Assembly (NCBI RefSeq): GCF_964204645.1 | Contig: NC_134031.1 | Location: forward strand, 496,001 to 560,000 | Length of the DNA stretch: 64,000 nucleotides | From: Tubulanus polymorphus | Taxonomy: Eukaryota; Animalia; Nemertea | Direction of reading: 5' to 3' | Shown: positions 1 to 10,700 of the stretch, in pieces | Position numbering within the stretch: the first letter of the stretch is position 1 | Layout: each line of letters starts with the position of its first letter | Position numbers and translations under genes: made by a program | The notes under the pieces: generated by a model | The model's database searches: none | Seen by the model: only the letters and a program-made list of their open reading frames with translations | Told to the model about the DNA's origin: nothing

Positions 1-82
1 TTGCGTCGGTAGGCATCGCGTTGCTTGTCGACATAAGCCAGGCTTACACTCTAACCAAAACTTTTGGTTCGTTGAATAATGA

Positions 83-742
83 TGCTATGATCGCCATCTA
101 TTGGATTTTGGATGAACTCACTAGATATCTCTTATTTGTCTCACTGACTCTTCTTCAGTGATAAGATAAGATAAGATAAGATATTTATTTCACTCCAACC
201 ATAAGAATGGTACGTGGAGGCAAGATTGAATAAAAAATATGAAATATAAAATTTTACAAAACATGAACAGAATTATATACATATATACATACAGACAAAA
301 CAAAATAGGAATTAACAAAATTTAAAATCTAATTTTCAGTAAAACTATTTACAGACAAAGCAAGTACAGAGATTGAATTATGTACAGCAAGATATCACAC
401 GTATATACATAATTCACTGGAGGGATTTGTATTAACTTAAACCTAACTGGATAAATTTAGCTATTTGTGGGATTCCTTAATATTTCTAAGTTTCTGGACA
501 TACTTAAATGGATGGAATAATCACGCAGATCACTTAGCAAAGTGCAGTCATAAATGAAGTGACTTCAGTGGGTTGAAATCACAATCGCCATCTGGTGGAT
601 GTCTATGCTACTACAGTCTAATGATGGTTATATTCACCAGATGGCGAGTGTGATTTTAATAGATTAAAGAAGAGTCAGTGAGACAAGTAAGAGCTATCTA
701 GTCAGTTCAGCCAAATTCCAATAGATGGCGATTAGATCATCG
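83..742. mobile_element. Foldback MITE with ~75-bp terminal inverted repeats and an internal hairpin, interrupted by a LINE 3' fragment
   Basis: 83-157 (atcgccatctattggattttggatgaactcactagatatctcttatttgtctcactgactcttctt) is an imperfect reverse complement of 667-742. Internal palindrome at 573-660. A related relic lies at 56641-56745. Confidence 0.7.
161..562 (-). mobile_element. 5'-truncated LINE (CR1/L2-group-like) 3' end
   Basis: The minus strand encodes HFIYDC, resembling the end of the C-terminal CCHC knuckle of LINE ORF2. It ends in aataaa plus a (tctta)n tail and is flanked by an 8-bp direct repeat cttcagtg (153-160 and 563-570), consistent with a TSD. Confidence 0.65.
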
Positions 743-1270
743 GCTAGAATGGATTAAAAAACTTAAGTTTAGTTCAACTGCCAGTCCTTTCTGGAGACTT
801 CTATCAGGTATCCACCACCAAAAAAAAATTATTGAGCTAGGCCACCCGACCTGAAATGCTCTCAGAGGTCATAAGTTGAAATACAGTACTGTACCGCCGG
901 GCCTCATACGCGAAACGCCTCGAGTTTATAGTTTCAGTCATTTGCTTCCCAAATCATTCTTGTATGTTGTTTTGTTTAATTTTTCAAACATAGTTGTTAG
1001 CTAACGAATCTGTCAACTCTTTCATGCAAGAATAATTCAATCAGTCCCATAATTTTGTAAGAAACTAAGTTTTCATGCCTAGCAGATAGCTTCCTCGAGA
1101 CTAACTGTATCACCACCAGTCAAACGTCCTGAGAGACAATAAAATAATTGCAAAGCAAATAATATCATTTATTCCAGTACATATACATATATAAATCACA
1201 CATTCATAAACTGTTGACATTAACACAATATGAGTTTCTCCTTCAATTCCCTGTGTTACGCTCTCAGTCC

Positions 1271-3336
1271 CTAGCTGTTTAACTGCTGATATCTCTGCAT
1301 ATGCATCATAACATTAGAAACAATTTCATTGTCTGTTTTATTTTGTCCGTAATAATCTGTAAATTTCCCATCAGGATTCACTAGATACATCACAATCGTG
1401 TGATCAACCTGAAAATAAACATCAGTATGATGAACATCTTAACTGCACTGGAGAGAGGGGGATTAGGGGAAGGGGGGTTTATCAACCTGAAAATAAACAT
1501 CAGTATGATGAACGTCCTAACTGCACTGGGGGAAAGGGGGGTTAGGGGAAGGGGGGTTTATCAACCTGAAAATAAACATCAGGATGTTGAACGTCCTAAC
1601 TGTACTGGAGAGAGGGGGGTTAGGGGAAGGGGGGTTTATCAACCTGAAAATAAACATCAGTATGATGAACGTCCTAACTGCACTGGGGAGAGGGGGGTTA
1701 GGGGAAGGGGGGTTTATTAACCTGAAAATAAACATCAGTATGATGAACGTCCTAACTGCACTGGGGAGAGGGGGGTTAGGGGAAGGGGGGTTTATCAACC
1801 TGAAAATAAACATCAGTATGATGAACGTCCTAACTGCACTGGGAGAGAGGGGGGTTAGGGGAAGGGGGTTTATCAACCTGAAATTGAACATCATTATGAA
1901 CGTCCTAACTGCACTGGGGGAGAGGGGGTTAGGGGAAGGGGGGTTTATTAACCTGAAAATAAACATCAGTATGAATTGCCTGACTGCATTCGGGGGGAGG
2001 GAGGAGAGGAGGAGGAGAGGAGGAGGAGAGGGGTGCATCATACTTACAATATAACCACCATCCTCATCTTTTGGTCCTTGGCTATAGTAGACTCTATAAG
2101 CCCGTGATGTCTGATGGATTTGTTCTTTTGTTCCCGTTAAACCGAGTAATTTAGAAGAAAATTCTGAAAAATATCATTCAATCAATTCGATGAAGAAGGA
2201 TCAAAAACTTCAAAACGTTTCAGATTTGGAATTGATGTTTTTTGTAAATACCTTTAACGTATTCTTTTATAAGCGGAGCTGTGTCTCTTTCTGGGTCAAT
2301 AGTAATAAATAAAGGATGGAGTTTAGGTAGAGTTTTAATTGCATCTGAAACAAACAGAATCAATTAAAACTGAGTTCATGAGTTAACACCAGCGATAATC
2401 TGAACTCATGAGTTTTAAACTCACAATAAACTAACCGAGTTTATCAACCGCTGAGCAGAGTTTCTCTAATTCATCGGGACAAATATCCGGACAATGACAA
2501 AATCCGAAATAGATCATAAACCATTTGCCTAAATAATCCGAACTTTTCACTTTGTTTCCATGGTGATCGATGAGTTCCCATTCTCCTCCTAATGAAGCTT
2601 GTCCGATCGTTCGACTTCTTTCTTTCGCTATTTCTGAAATAAACACAGATTTCATCGATGAAATATTCAATCTGTTTTATAGAAAATCTCATCTCAAAAT
2701 CATTAGAGATTGTTCTCTCAATGTACATGATACACAAAACTGAGATGATTTTCAGTCTAATCTCCCGATCCTTTTCTACAATTTAAAGGAGTATGTAGGG
2801 CCTACGTGACCCCCCTCCCCCCATAGATGTATAGGTACTACTATGTGAACAGCCCCTGATATTCAAGTGTAAAATCACTCACTCATTTCTTTTTCCTTTT
2901 TCACATAATTCATGCCTAATATCAGAGCTCCACCGAGTCCAACAGTAATCCCAACTGTTCTCCACGATATCGGCTAAAAATAGATACGTATCTTTAAAAG
3001 AACAAAATAATTCCTAAAGAGAGAGAGAGGAGAGTTGATTCTTTTTAATTCATACCCCTTTTCCATCGCCATCTGATCTTTTCTTAGGAGCAGTTTTAGC
3101 TTTAGGTGTTGATTCAGTGCTCATTAGTAATCTCTGCTGTAAATGGAATTTTGCACCTTGACCCTCACGAGTGCTGCAGCTTTTTACAGTCGACCTACCG
3201 ACCTATACGTGGAATATAGTATACTTGAATTGAATTTAACAAACTTCACAGCGGTTTTTGTCAATTATTTGATTTAAGTGATGTGGAAATTACTTACAAA
3301 ACGGTACAAATTACGAGTTAAACGACTTGTAAACAT
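1271..3336 (-). CDS. SCO1: Mitochondrial cytochrome c oxidase copper chaperone SCO1/SCO2 homolog, 7 exons
   Basis: Exons 3336-3298, 3202-3056, 2973-2883, 2633-2436, 2344-2252, 2163-2048, 1408-1271, all GT-AG and phase-compatible. Has a transit-like N-terminus, TM segment [36 protein letters not shown] (CxxxC), FITIDPERD, and [11 protein letters not shown] with the copper-ligand His. Confidence 0.95.
1402..1990. repeat. Intronic minisatellite, ~78 bp x8, containing the SCO last-exon acceptor
   Basis: ctgaaa(a/t) recurs at 1409, 1487, 1566, 1644, 1722, 1800, 1878 and 1953, with G-rich spacers. Confidence 0.95.
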
Positions 3337-3417
3337 CTTTCATAAATAGAAAACCGGAACATTAGCAAAATACATAAAACACGATAGAAACTGATTTTAT
3401 AACAATGGTTTATGCAA

Positions 3418-3512
3418 CCAGGAAGTAAAATGCAATACGACTGGCTCTATCCCATTCATCATACCCAGTGACGTCATTTAGATAATCAGATCTCAGTTTT
3501 TGGGTTCGAATC
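3418..3512. promoter_or_regulatory. SCO proximal promoter motifs: ETS, CRE, B-box-like
   Basis: ccaggaagt 3418-3426, tgacgtca 3469-3476 and ggttcgaatc ~3503-3512, located 80-180 bp upstream of the ATG. Motif match only. Confidence 0.45.
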
Positions 3513-3657
3513 AGACGTTAATTTTTTTTCATTGGAAAAGTAATTTAGTTTGCATAAATTCATATTACTCCCAATGTTCCACGATCGGATATTCTCATGC
3601 TTAGCCCATCTGAATATAAAAGCTTACCACCAACGATTTAACTATGCACTGACTGGA

Positions 3658-3794
3658 CCACAGGGGCCCGACTTGAAAAGTTTTTGACCCAAGTATCCTA
3701 GGTACTATATATAGTCAGTCTTTTATATATATTACCTAGGATACTGGGGTCAAAAGCATTGTGTCAAGTCACTATGGTTGTCAGGCCCCTGTGG
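3658..3794. mobile_element. Palindromic MITE-like element
   Basis: Outer arms ccacaggggcccgac / gtcaggcccctgtgg; inner arms ttttgacccaagtatcctaggta / tacctaggatactggggtcaaaa. Confidence 0.65.
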
Positions 3795-4192
3795 ACTGGA
3801 CAACCCTCTAGGAAACATCAGTTGCCAGTTCAATGGTCTGACGATGTATGCCAGAGGCATCAGCAGTTGGGTAGGGCCGAGCTATGGTCAAGGTTTAGCA
3901 GTCATGAGTGATTATGAAGTCTTTTTTTCTCACTGGAATGCAGGCAAGCATTGCCTTCTCCTGCAATGATCGATATCAGGATTAGGGCATTTCAAATCCT
4001 CATTTGGGCTAATTATGATAATTCCTCAGTGACCGTGTAACACAAATAGTTTGGGAAGAGATCCTCATAAAAATCCTCACGATTTATTCGACTTTAAGAA
4101 GAAAAGATTTAATTGATGAAAGGCTGATTTTCTAGCACGCCTTTTATTTCAGTTAATTCATTACAGAAAACTGCGACGAATGAGAATAAATT

Positions 4193-6985
4193 TTAATCGT
4201 CAGATTCAGCACGAATCGCTCGTAAATGTGACGCCTTCTTCTGTTTGACGCGGTCCATTCTCTGAGCCAGCGACAATTTAGCACGGTTCCATCTACAACA
4301 ACAAAATTAAACACATTTAATACCGGATATTCTATTATTAACGGTTTTAACCCTTTCAGTGCATCTACACCGCACTGTGATGTATAGATGTAATTAGTAA
4401 TTATCTCTATTGAGAGATGGCAGCACCTGTCAAACAGTGAAATATTAGTAACTAACGATACACTGCGCCGCGGTGTAGACGCACTATAGTGGTATTCCCG
4501 TTATTCAACACACTAGGGTGGAATTTTTCAAAATTTTCAAATTATCTCCAGCACTAAAGGGTATTAATTAGTCAGCACAGAAAGGGTTAAATGTCATCAA
4601 CATTTCTGTTATCAGAAATCTGAGTTGTGCAAACTGACCTCTTAACTTTTCCTTCCTTGGTCTTTTCTTTCTTGGTGTGCGATGGATCTTCACGGATCGC
4701 CTGGTGAGCTTTAGTATACAAACCCTCGATCTACAATCGAAAATAATTTACTAAATCAAATTCATACAAAAAGCTAACACTAACAACATTCAAACGATGA
4801 TGTATCTATGCCAACCCTTTGAATACCACTGCTCATTTCAATGTCTACATTCTCAGAGAACAAATCATACGCAAAATGATGAAATCTCACTCGAATTCAA
4901 TGAAAATATCATTCTTTCATAATCACACCAAATTAGTTATCACAAGCCTGGTCCCAATGATGCGATACCTGACCAGTGATGAGAGATAATTGACTCAATC
5001 CTCCCTGAGGGGAGAGCGCTAAGGGAGGGTTGTTGAGGCGCCACTAATTGCAGTGAGGGAACTGGTACTGAGATGATGCAGTAGACATGAAAGTAAAATG
5101 GTTAACACAGGAATGAAGTAGTTCTATAAATACTCACACTATCAGCGGTGAGTCCATTTTTAATATATCTCGAGAATTGTCGTTTGTAGATATCATCATC
5201 TTCCTCGGCTAACTGACGCATATAATCAGCAACGTGACCTCCAAAAATATGTTTCCTGTGAACTTCGGGATGAAATTCATTATCGTCGGCGCTGTAACCG
5301 GGGAATCTCTTCATACTGTGAGGAATATCGATACCGCCATCAGCGGCACCTTTCATCGCTCCGAATATCTTAGCTCCGGTGGTCGTACGGGCCAGACCGA
5401 CGTCGAGGTAACATCGGAACGCTCCCGGTTTACCCTCCTCGCTCTCAACGTAATATTCATCACCGTTTACATCCGTGTTTCCTTCGTAGATTTTATCCAA
5501 CTTAAACTTCTGCAACAACTGTAACAACAACCGATAAACATCTTACACTAAATACACCGAGTTCAGTCAAATCATAGCTTAGAAACAAGACCAGTTTAAA
5601 GTTGGACAATTATCTCGAACAGAGTTGAACAGATCAAACTCGGGCTGAGTCTACTGTAATAACTAAGGACTCGTCTATGAAACCGGTCTGTAAATAGTAG
5701 CCGATCTAACAGCTTACTACTTAACTCTAGTCATAAGATATAAGACCCCATCTTGGCTTGGCCCTAAGAAATGTCAGTTTTCGCTAAATTAATCCCAAGT
5801 GCCATATGTGCCCTAGCAATTAAAGTTTTCTCCCAATGAATCCCAAGTCAAATCATACTAGAGGGAGGGAGGGAGCGGGAGGGAGGGGGAGAGACGGGGA
5901 GCAATTTCTAAGAACTGACAGAAGTCTTACCCTTCTAGCCATCAGTAAACCAGTACAATAAGCAGCTGCGTAATTAGTCAAACCAACTTTAATTCCGTAT
6001 TTCGGTAATTCATGACCGTAAGCAGCAGCAATTATATAATCACCCTCGATTCTAGCGTACGCCACCTATAATCAATTAACAGAATCGTTGCGTTATAACA
6101 ATTCAATACTGGAAATTTAGAACACGATATAGTGAGTGACCCGCAGGGGAAGGCACACGTTACCTGACAGGTGATATCCTTATTGGTCAATCTAACAATC
6201 ATTCTGTATTTAGGTGTGTTGTATTTATTCTTATCCTGGACGATCAAACGTTTACGAGCAAAATAATCAGTTTTAGATTCTGAAATTAGAAATTAATAAC
6301 AATTCATTAGCATCAACAAGTTCCATGCATTGAGCGAGGATCCCTTTCATTGACCATGCACAGATAGAATGACTCAGCAGATTTGATAGAACTCTCACCT
6401 CTTCTTCTCTTGTACTTCACTTGGTACCTCTTGAAGTACTGTTTATTCTTCACAACTTTAACGAAACCCTGCGTGAAAAAAACAAGTCAAATTGTCGCAG
6501 ATTTGAAACGATACAGAAAAACTAACAACACGCGTCGCCGACGCTGTTTTAGCCCAATAATGTTTGTTTGGAATTGATTTCTCCATTCCCAAGAACTCTG
6601 TAGCACTGCTGGGTAATTGTGCAGACACGGATACAGATTTTATTGCTTCTGTTGGTCACAAAAAAATGGCAGATTGATATTTTTGATTCAATTCGATCGC
6701 AATGCTTCATAAAATTGCTGATCAGGGAATTCAACAAAACTAAATTATACAAATTCACAGTAAAACAGTATCAACATCGAGCCGGCGAAATTAATCAGTT
6801 TAAATAGGCGAATCTTAGTCTGAACGTAGAAAACACAGACTGTCAAAATGACGTGGAACCTCGAATCAAATCGGATAAATTCGGTGTTTTTAATTTGACA
6901 TCCGTCTTCAATAATTCGGTTGCAGATTCTAAAATAGTTTATCTACTCGTTTCCGATAAAATAAATAAGTGGTATAGCTTACCAT
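4193..6985 (-). CDS. RPL5: 60S ribosomal protein L5 (uL18), 7 coding exons
   Basis: Exons 6985-6983 (ATG only), 6468-6399, 6279-6164, 6065-5931, 5518-5138, 4730-4639, 4292-4193. Peptides [71 protein letters not shown]. Confidence 0.99.
4351..4586. mobile_element. piggyBac-type MITE in the last RPL5 intron
   Basis: TIR ccctttcagtgc / gcacagaaaggg (1 mismatch), flanked by TTAA at 4347-4350 and 4587-4590. Confidence 0.8.
4839..5093 (-). ncRNA. Candidate long intronic H/ACA-like snoRNA in RPL5 intron 5
   Basis: Multiple nested stems (ctttcat/atgaaag, accagt/actggt, ctcaa..cctccct/agggagg.ttgag). ANANNA box AAAGAA at 4917-4912, 3' hairpin atattttca/tgagaatgt, then ACA at 4844-4842. Ribosomal-protein introns are typical snoRNA hosts. 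Confidence 0.45.
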
Positions 6986-7054
6986 TTTGTGAGTAGATGT
7001 ATTTATTCCGGCCTGTTTCACGTATCGGCGGCTACCCGGGCTCTACTTATCTCT

Positions 7055-7083
7055 GGAAAGGAAGTACAATCTGCGCAGGCGCA
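7055..7083 (-). promoter_or_regulatory. RPL5 TCT/5'TOP initiator and adjacent NRF1-like site in the shared RPL5/CCDC18 promoter
   Basis: Minus-strand cttcctttcc at 7064-7055, ~80 nt above the ATG; tgcgcaggcgca at 7072-7083. Confidence 0.7.
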
Positions 7084-7719
7084 TCAACATCAGTCTTACC
7101 AGTTACAACTTACAACATACGACATCAATTCAATTATACTTTATTTTAGTCGCTAATCTTAAGTCGTTTTTTGTTGTTTATTGAAATACATCGAATTCTT
7201 TTTTTTCAAGTTTATTCATTGAAAACATGTTTTTGTGAATAGATGCAGAAACAGATGTAGATGTAGATAGTGTTCGGTGGCAAAAAATTCAAAACTTCGT
7301 TCGCGCGATATTCAAAAATGGTGGGCTTTTTGAAAATAGATTTTCAAGATTTTTATTAAGATTCTCATCATTTTAACGGATTTCCAATGGTTTTGGATTT
7401 TATATCTTAATCAAAGGTAAGTGACAATTGTTTCTGAGTTCTCAGTAATTTCTGATGGACCGCGCTCACTAGTCACTGGATGTAGCTGCATTATTTACTG
7501 ACGTTAGTTTTTCAACTTTGACTTTTGTACAACTAATTACCAATATTAACCAATGAATATCTTCGCAGCGAGTTGTCAAAATGAAATCAATTAAGATATC
7601 TAAGCTCATACTTCATTTTTTGGCTTATAACTGAATCAATCACTTAGATTTGGTGTTTTCCCTATAATTATTAGAATGAACTCTTGCTTAATTTTCAGTA
7701 AAGTGACGCGATTAGAAAG

Positions 7720-10700
7720 ATGTCGTCAGCGATTCCTGATGGTGCTGAAATTGTGCTACAGCATGTGCAACAATTAAAACACAAATTAGAACATGCTGAA
7801 CGAAAAATGAATTATATCACATCATTAGAACAAGCTCAGTAAGTGCATCAATGAGCCAAACAGTGGCTGCATCAATGAGCCAAACAGTGGCTGCATCAAT
7901 GAGCCAAACAGTGGCTGCATCAATGAGTCAAACAGTGGCTGCATCAATGAGCCAAACAGTGGCTGCATCATGAGCCAAACAGTGGCGGCTTTACTGGATC
8001 CATCCTTAGTGGGAGAAATTCTATATCTATCATCATAAAAACATGGATTCATCTGCCTCTTAATGGTATTTTGTATCAGAATTGTTGAAATAAAAAAATC
8101 TAATGTTTTCAACACTTTTAAACCATAGACTTAATGAATTAATCATCTAATTTTAGATATTATCTAAAATTAGATAATTAATTCAATTAGATGAAAAATC
8201 CAATGCATCTATAAACATTTGATAGGATGGCCGCTTACCTGTAATTCAGGGAATAGTCTGGGAAAGAGCAAGTCATATAAAAGTGGCCACCCTGTTTGAA
8301 TAAAGAAAAATGAAGAACAGAAATAAATTCATTGATGATTTTTTCTCAAGATTTGTTATAATCCCTATTAGTCCTGCTTGAAATGAATTCCCAACATTCT
8401 TCCATTATTTTCAGATGTTGTGAAGAAGGCAATAATTTCAATATGAATAATTCAATGAATTTTGAATCAACTCCTAATATTTCGATGGCTGGATCTTATT
8501 TAGAATACGCACCTGTCAATCCAAAATTCAGCACCCCGAGACCAGAATCTGTAAGTTTAAAAAAACGTTTTCATTCAAATCTAGGATAATTTTATACAGG
8601 GCCCTTCACAAATTACGCGCTATTTTTAGATAAAGAAATTATGTAATTCACAAATGATAGTGAGATATCTTTAAAAGATTCTTGTTGAAAAAATGAGTTT
8701 GAAAATAATTAGAAAACTGCTGCAATTAGAAAGTCTTATGAATCTTTACAGACTATTTGAATATGCAATTTTTTTCCTGACAAGTTTTTCCAATAAAGTA
8801 AACCTGTATTTTTTGTGTGCGTGTCATTGATATAAAATTGTTTTGTGTTTGCTGGGGGGAACTGTTAGTGGTGTTGTGTATGGGGTAGGTTTAGACAGAG
8901 TTCACAATTCTTGTAGGAAAATATAACTACTAGAACCAGCTGTCGATATTCAAGGTATTTTCTCTAAGTCTCTTCATGCTTTAATATTGAGTTTTAATGA
9001 TTCTATTAAAATGTTACATCCGTCTGGTTCAGTTTTAGTAAGCTCGTGTTGGGGTTCAATTAAATGGGTTTCATGAGAAAAATACCAAAACACCATTTTA
9101 AGTACAGTTTCTTGAGCTTTTAGCTGCATGAGATAATTTGGTTTCAAGGCCATATTTAGTGCTAAGGAGCTCAGGAGTTGGCACCACTCAGGAGCTGGTA
9201 CCACTCAGGGGCTCAGGAGCTGGTACCACTCAGGAGCTCAGGAGCTGGTACCACTCAGGAGCTGGCTCCTTGGTTTAATTCCTATGAGCATTTTGATCTG
9301 AAAATAAGTATGATGAATCTATTACAGTCAATTATAATATCATTATTTAATGTGTCTAATTTAAGATATACATCGTGATATATTGATATGTAAATTGTGA
9401 TATATCGATATTTAAACTCGTGTGTGATGATATATCATAGCAGTGTTTTTTAATGAAACTAGTTTGTATATTGTATATGCTACTGAGCTATGAACTGTAG
9501 TAGTACTGGGGGCATACGTACGTTTTTACTGTAAATACTGATTATTTCTCCTAATGTACAAACAGAGATATCTGAAAGGTAAATATCAAGTGTAATATCG
9601 ATTTTTCAGATTTTTTTGTTCAGTCTTGAAAAAGAAAGCTGAATTAAACTGTGCACGAAAGGCTTATTGTGTTAAGTGGTGAATACTATAGCTGTACTAT
9701 ACTGACGACATTATTATCAATAGATAGAAATAGTGGCTCATAAGTCTAATTAATATTCCTAATTAAGTTTTATTCTGGGTTCTGATTGTATGTGTTCGAC
9801 TCTTGGTAATTTGTGTTGATTTTAGGCACTGTTTTAATATTTACAAATCGTGATCAATTTCATGAATTGAAAAGCCCTGATAGAGGCCTGAACAGGAGAT
9901 TTGTTATTAGAACTAAGAAACAAATTGTCCTTCAAGTAAATCTCCAAGCTCAATGATTCTAGCCGTTCTAGGAGTTGTTGCAGGAAACAAGTGTCCTTCA
10001 AGATAATATCCCCAGTGGTAGAAGCCTCGGTTGCTTTCATGCCTGTGATCATATTCTCAAATACTGTCTATTCGACCCTTGATGCCTGTATAAAGAGGGT
10101 TGTGTGTGTATATTTTCAGAGTGAGTTCAGTGAAGTTGTGTCGTGTTACCGACGTCCTCCGTTAGAAGCCGATAACGAAACTCTACGTTATAAACTACAA
10201 AACTCTCGAGATGAAAACACGAAATTAATCTCTACGAATCATCGATTGTTGAATCAACTCGAAATCGTTAATTTTCATCTGGAAAAATCAAATCACAAAG
10301 TATTTAAAAACATTCATCATCGATTTACTGTTACTGGGAACCGTTGTTTAATAGTTGGTTAAAGATTACCTGGACGTATAAATGATTTAAACTGGATTTA
10401 ACCTGTTGTATTCATCACCGGTTTAAACTGGATTTAACCTGTTGTATTCATCACCGGTTTAAACTGGATTTAACCTGTTGTATTCATCACCGGTTTAAAC
10501 TGGATTTAACCTGTTGTATTCATCACCGGTTTAAACTGGATTTAACCTGTTGTATTCATCACCGGTTTAAACTGGATTTAACCTGTTGTATTCATCACCG
10601 GTTAAACTTTAATACACACTTGTGAACTACTGACCCCTCAACCTGTGAAATTATGGTATTTAAAGAATTTGTTTCTCTTTCACACAAAATAGAATCAAGA

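Noticed and set aside
1400-2054. Repeat-protein ORFs (also 12711, 15066, 29505, 43998 and 49301 regions)
   Set aside because: Frames open by chance through intronic minisatellites.
3812-4090. Small RNA between SCO and RPL5 (TGAGGA/CTGA boxes, T-run)
   Set aside because: No identifiable guide, terminal stem or family match by eye.
5769-5920. snoRNA in RPL5 intron 4
   Set aside because: Has AGAAAA, CTGA/ACA and an 8-bp terminal complement, but hairpins and box C are poor; insufficient support.
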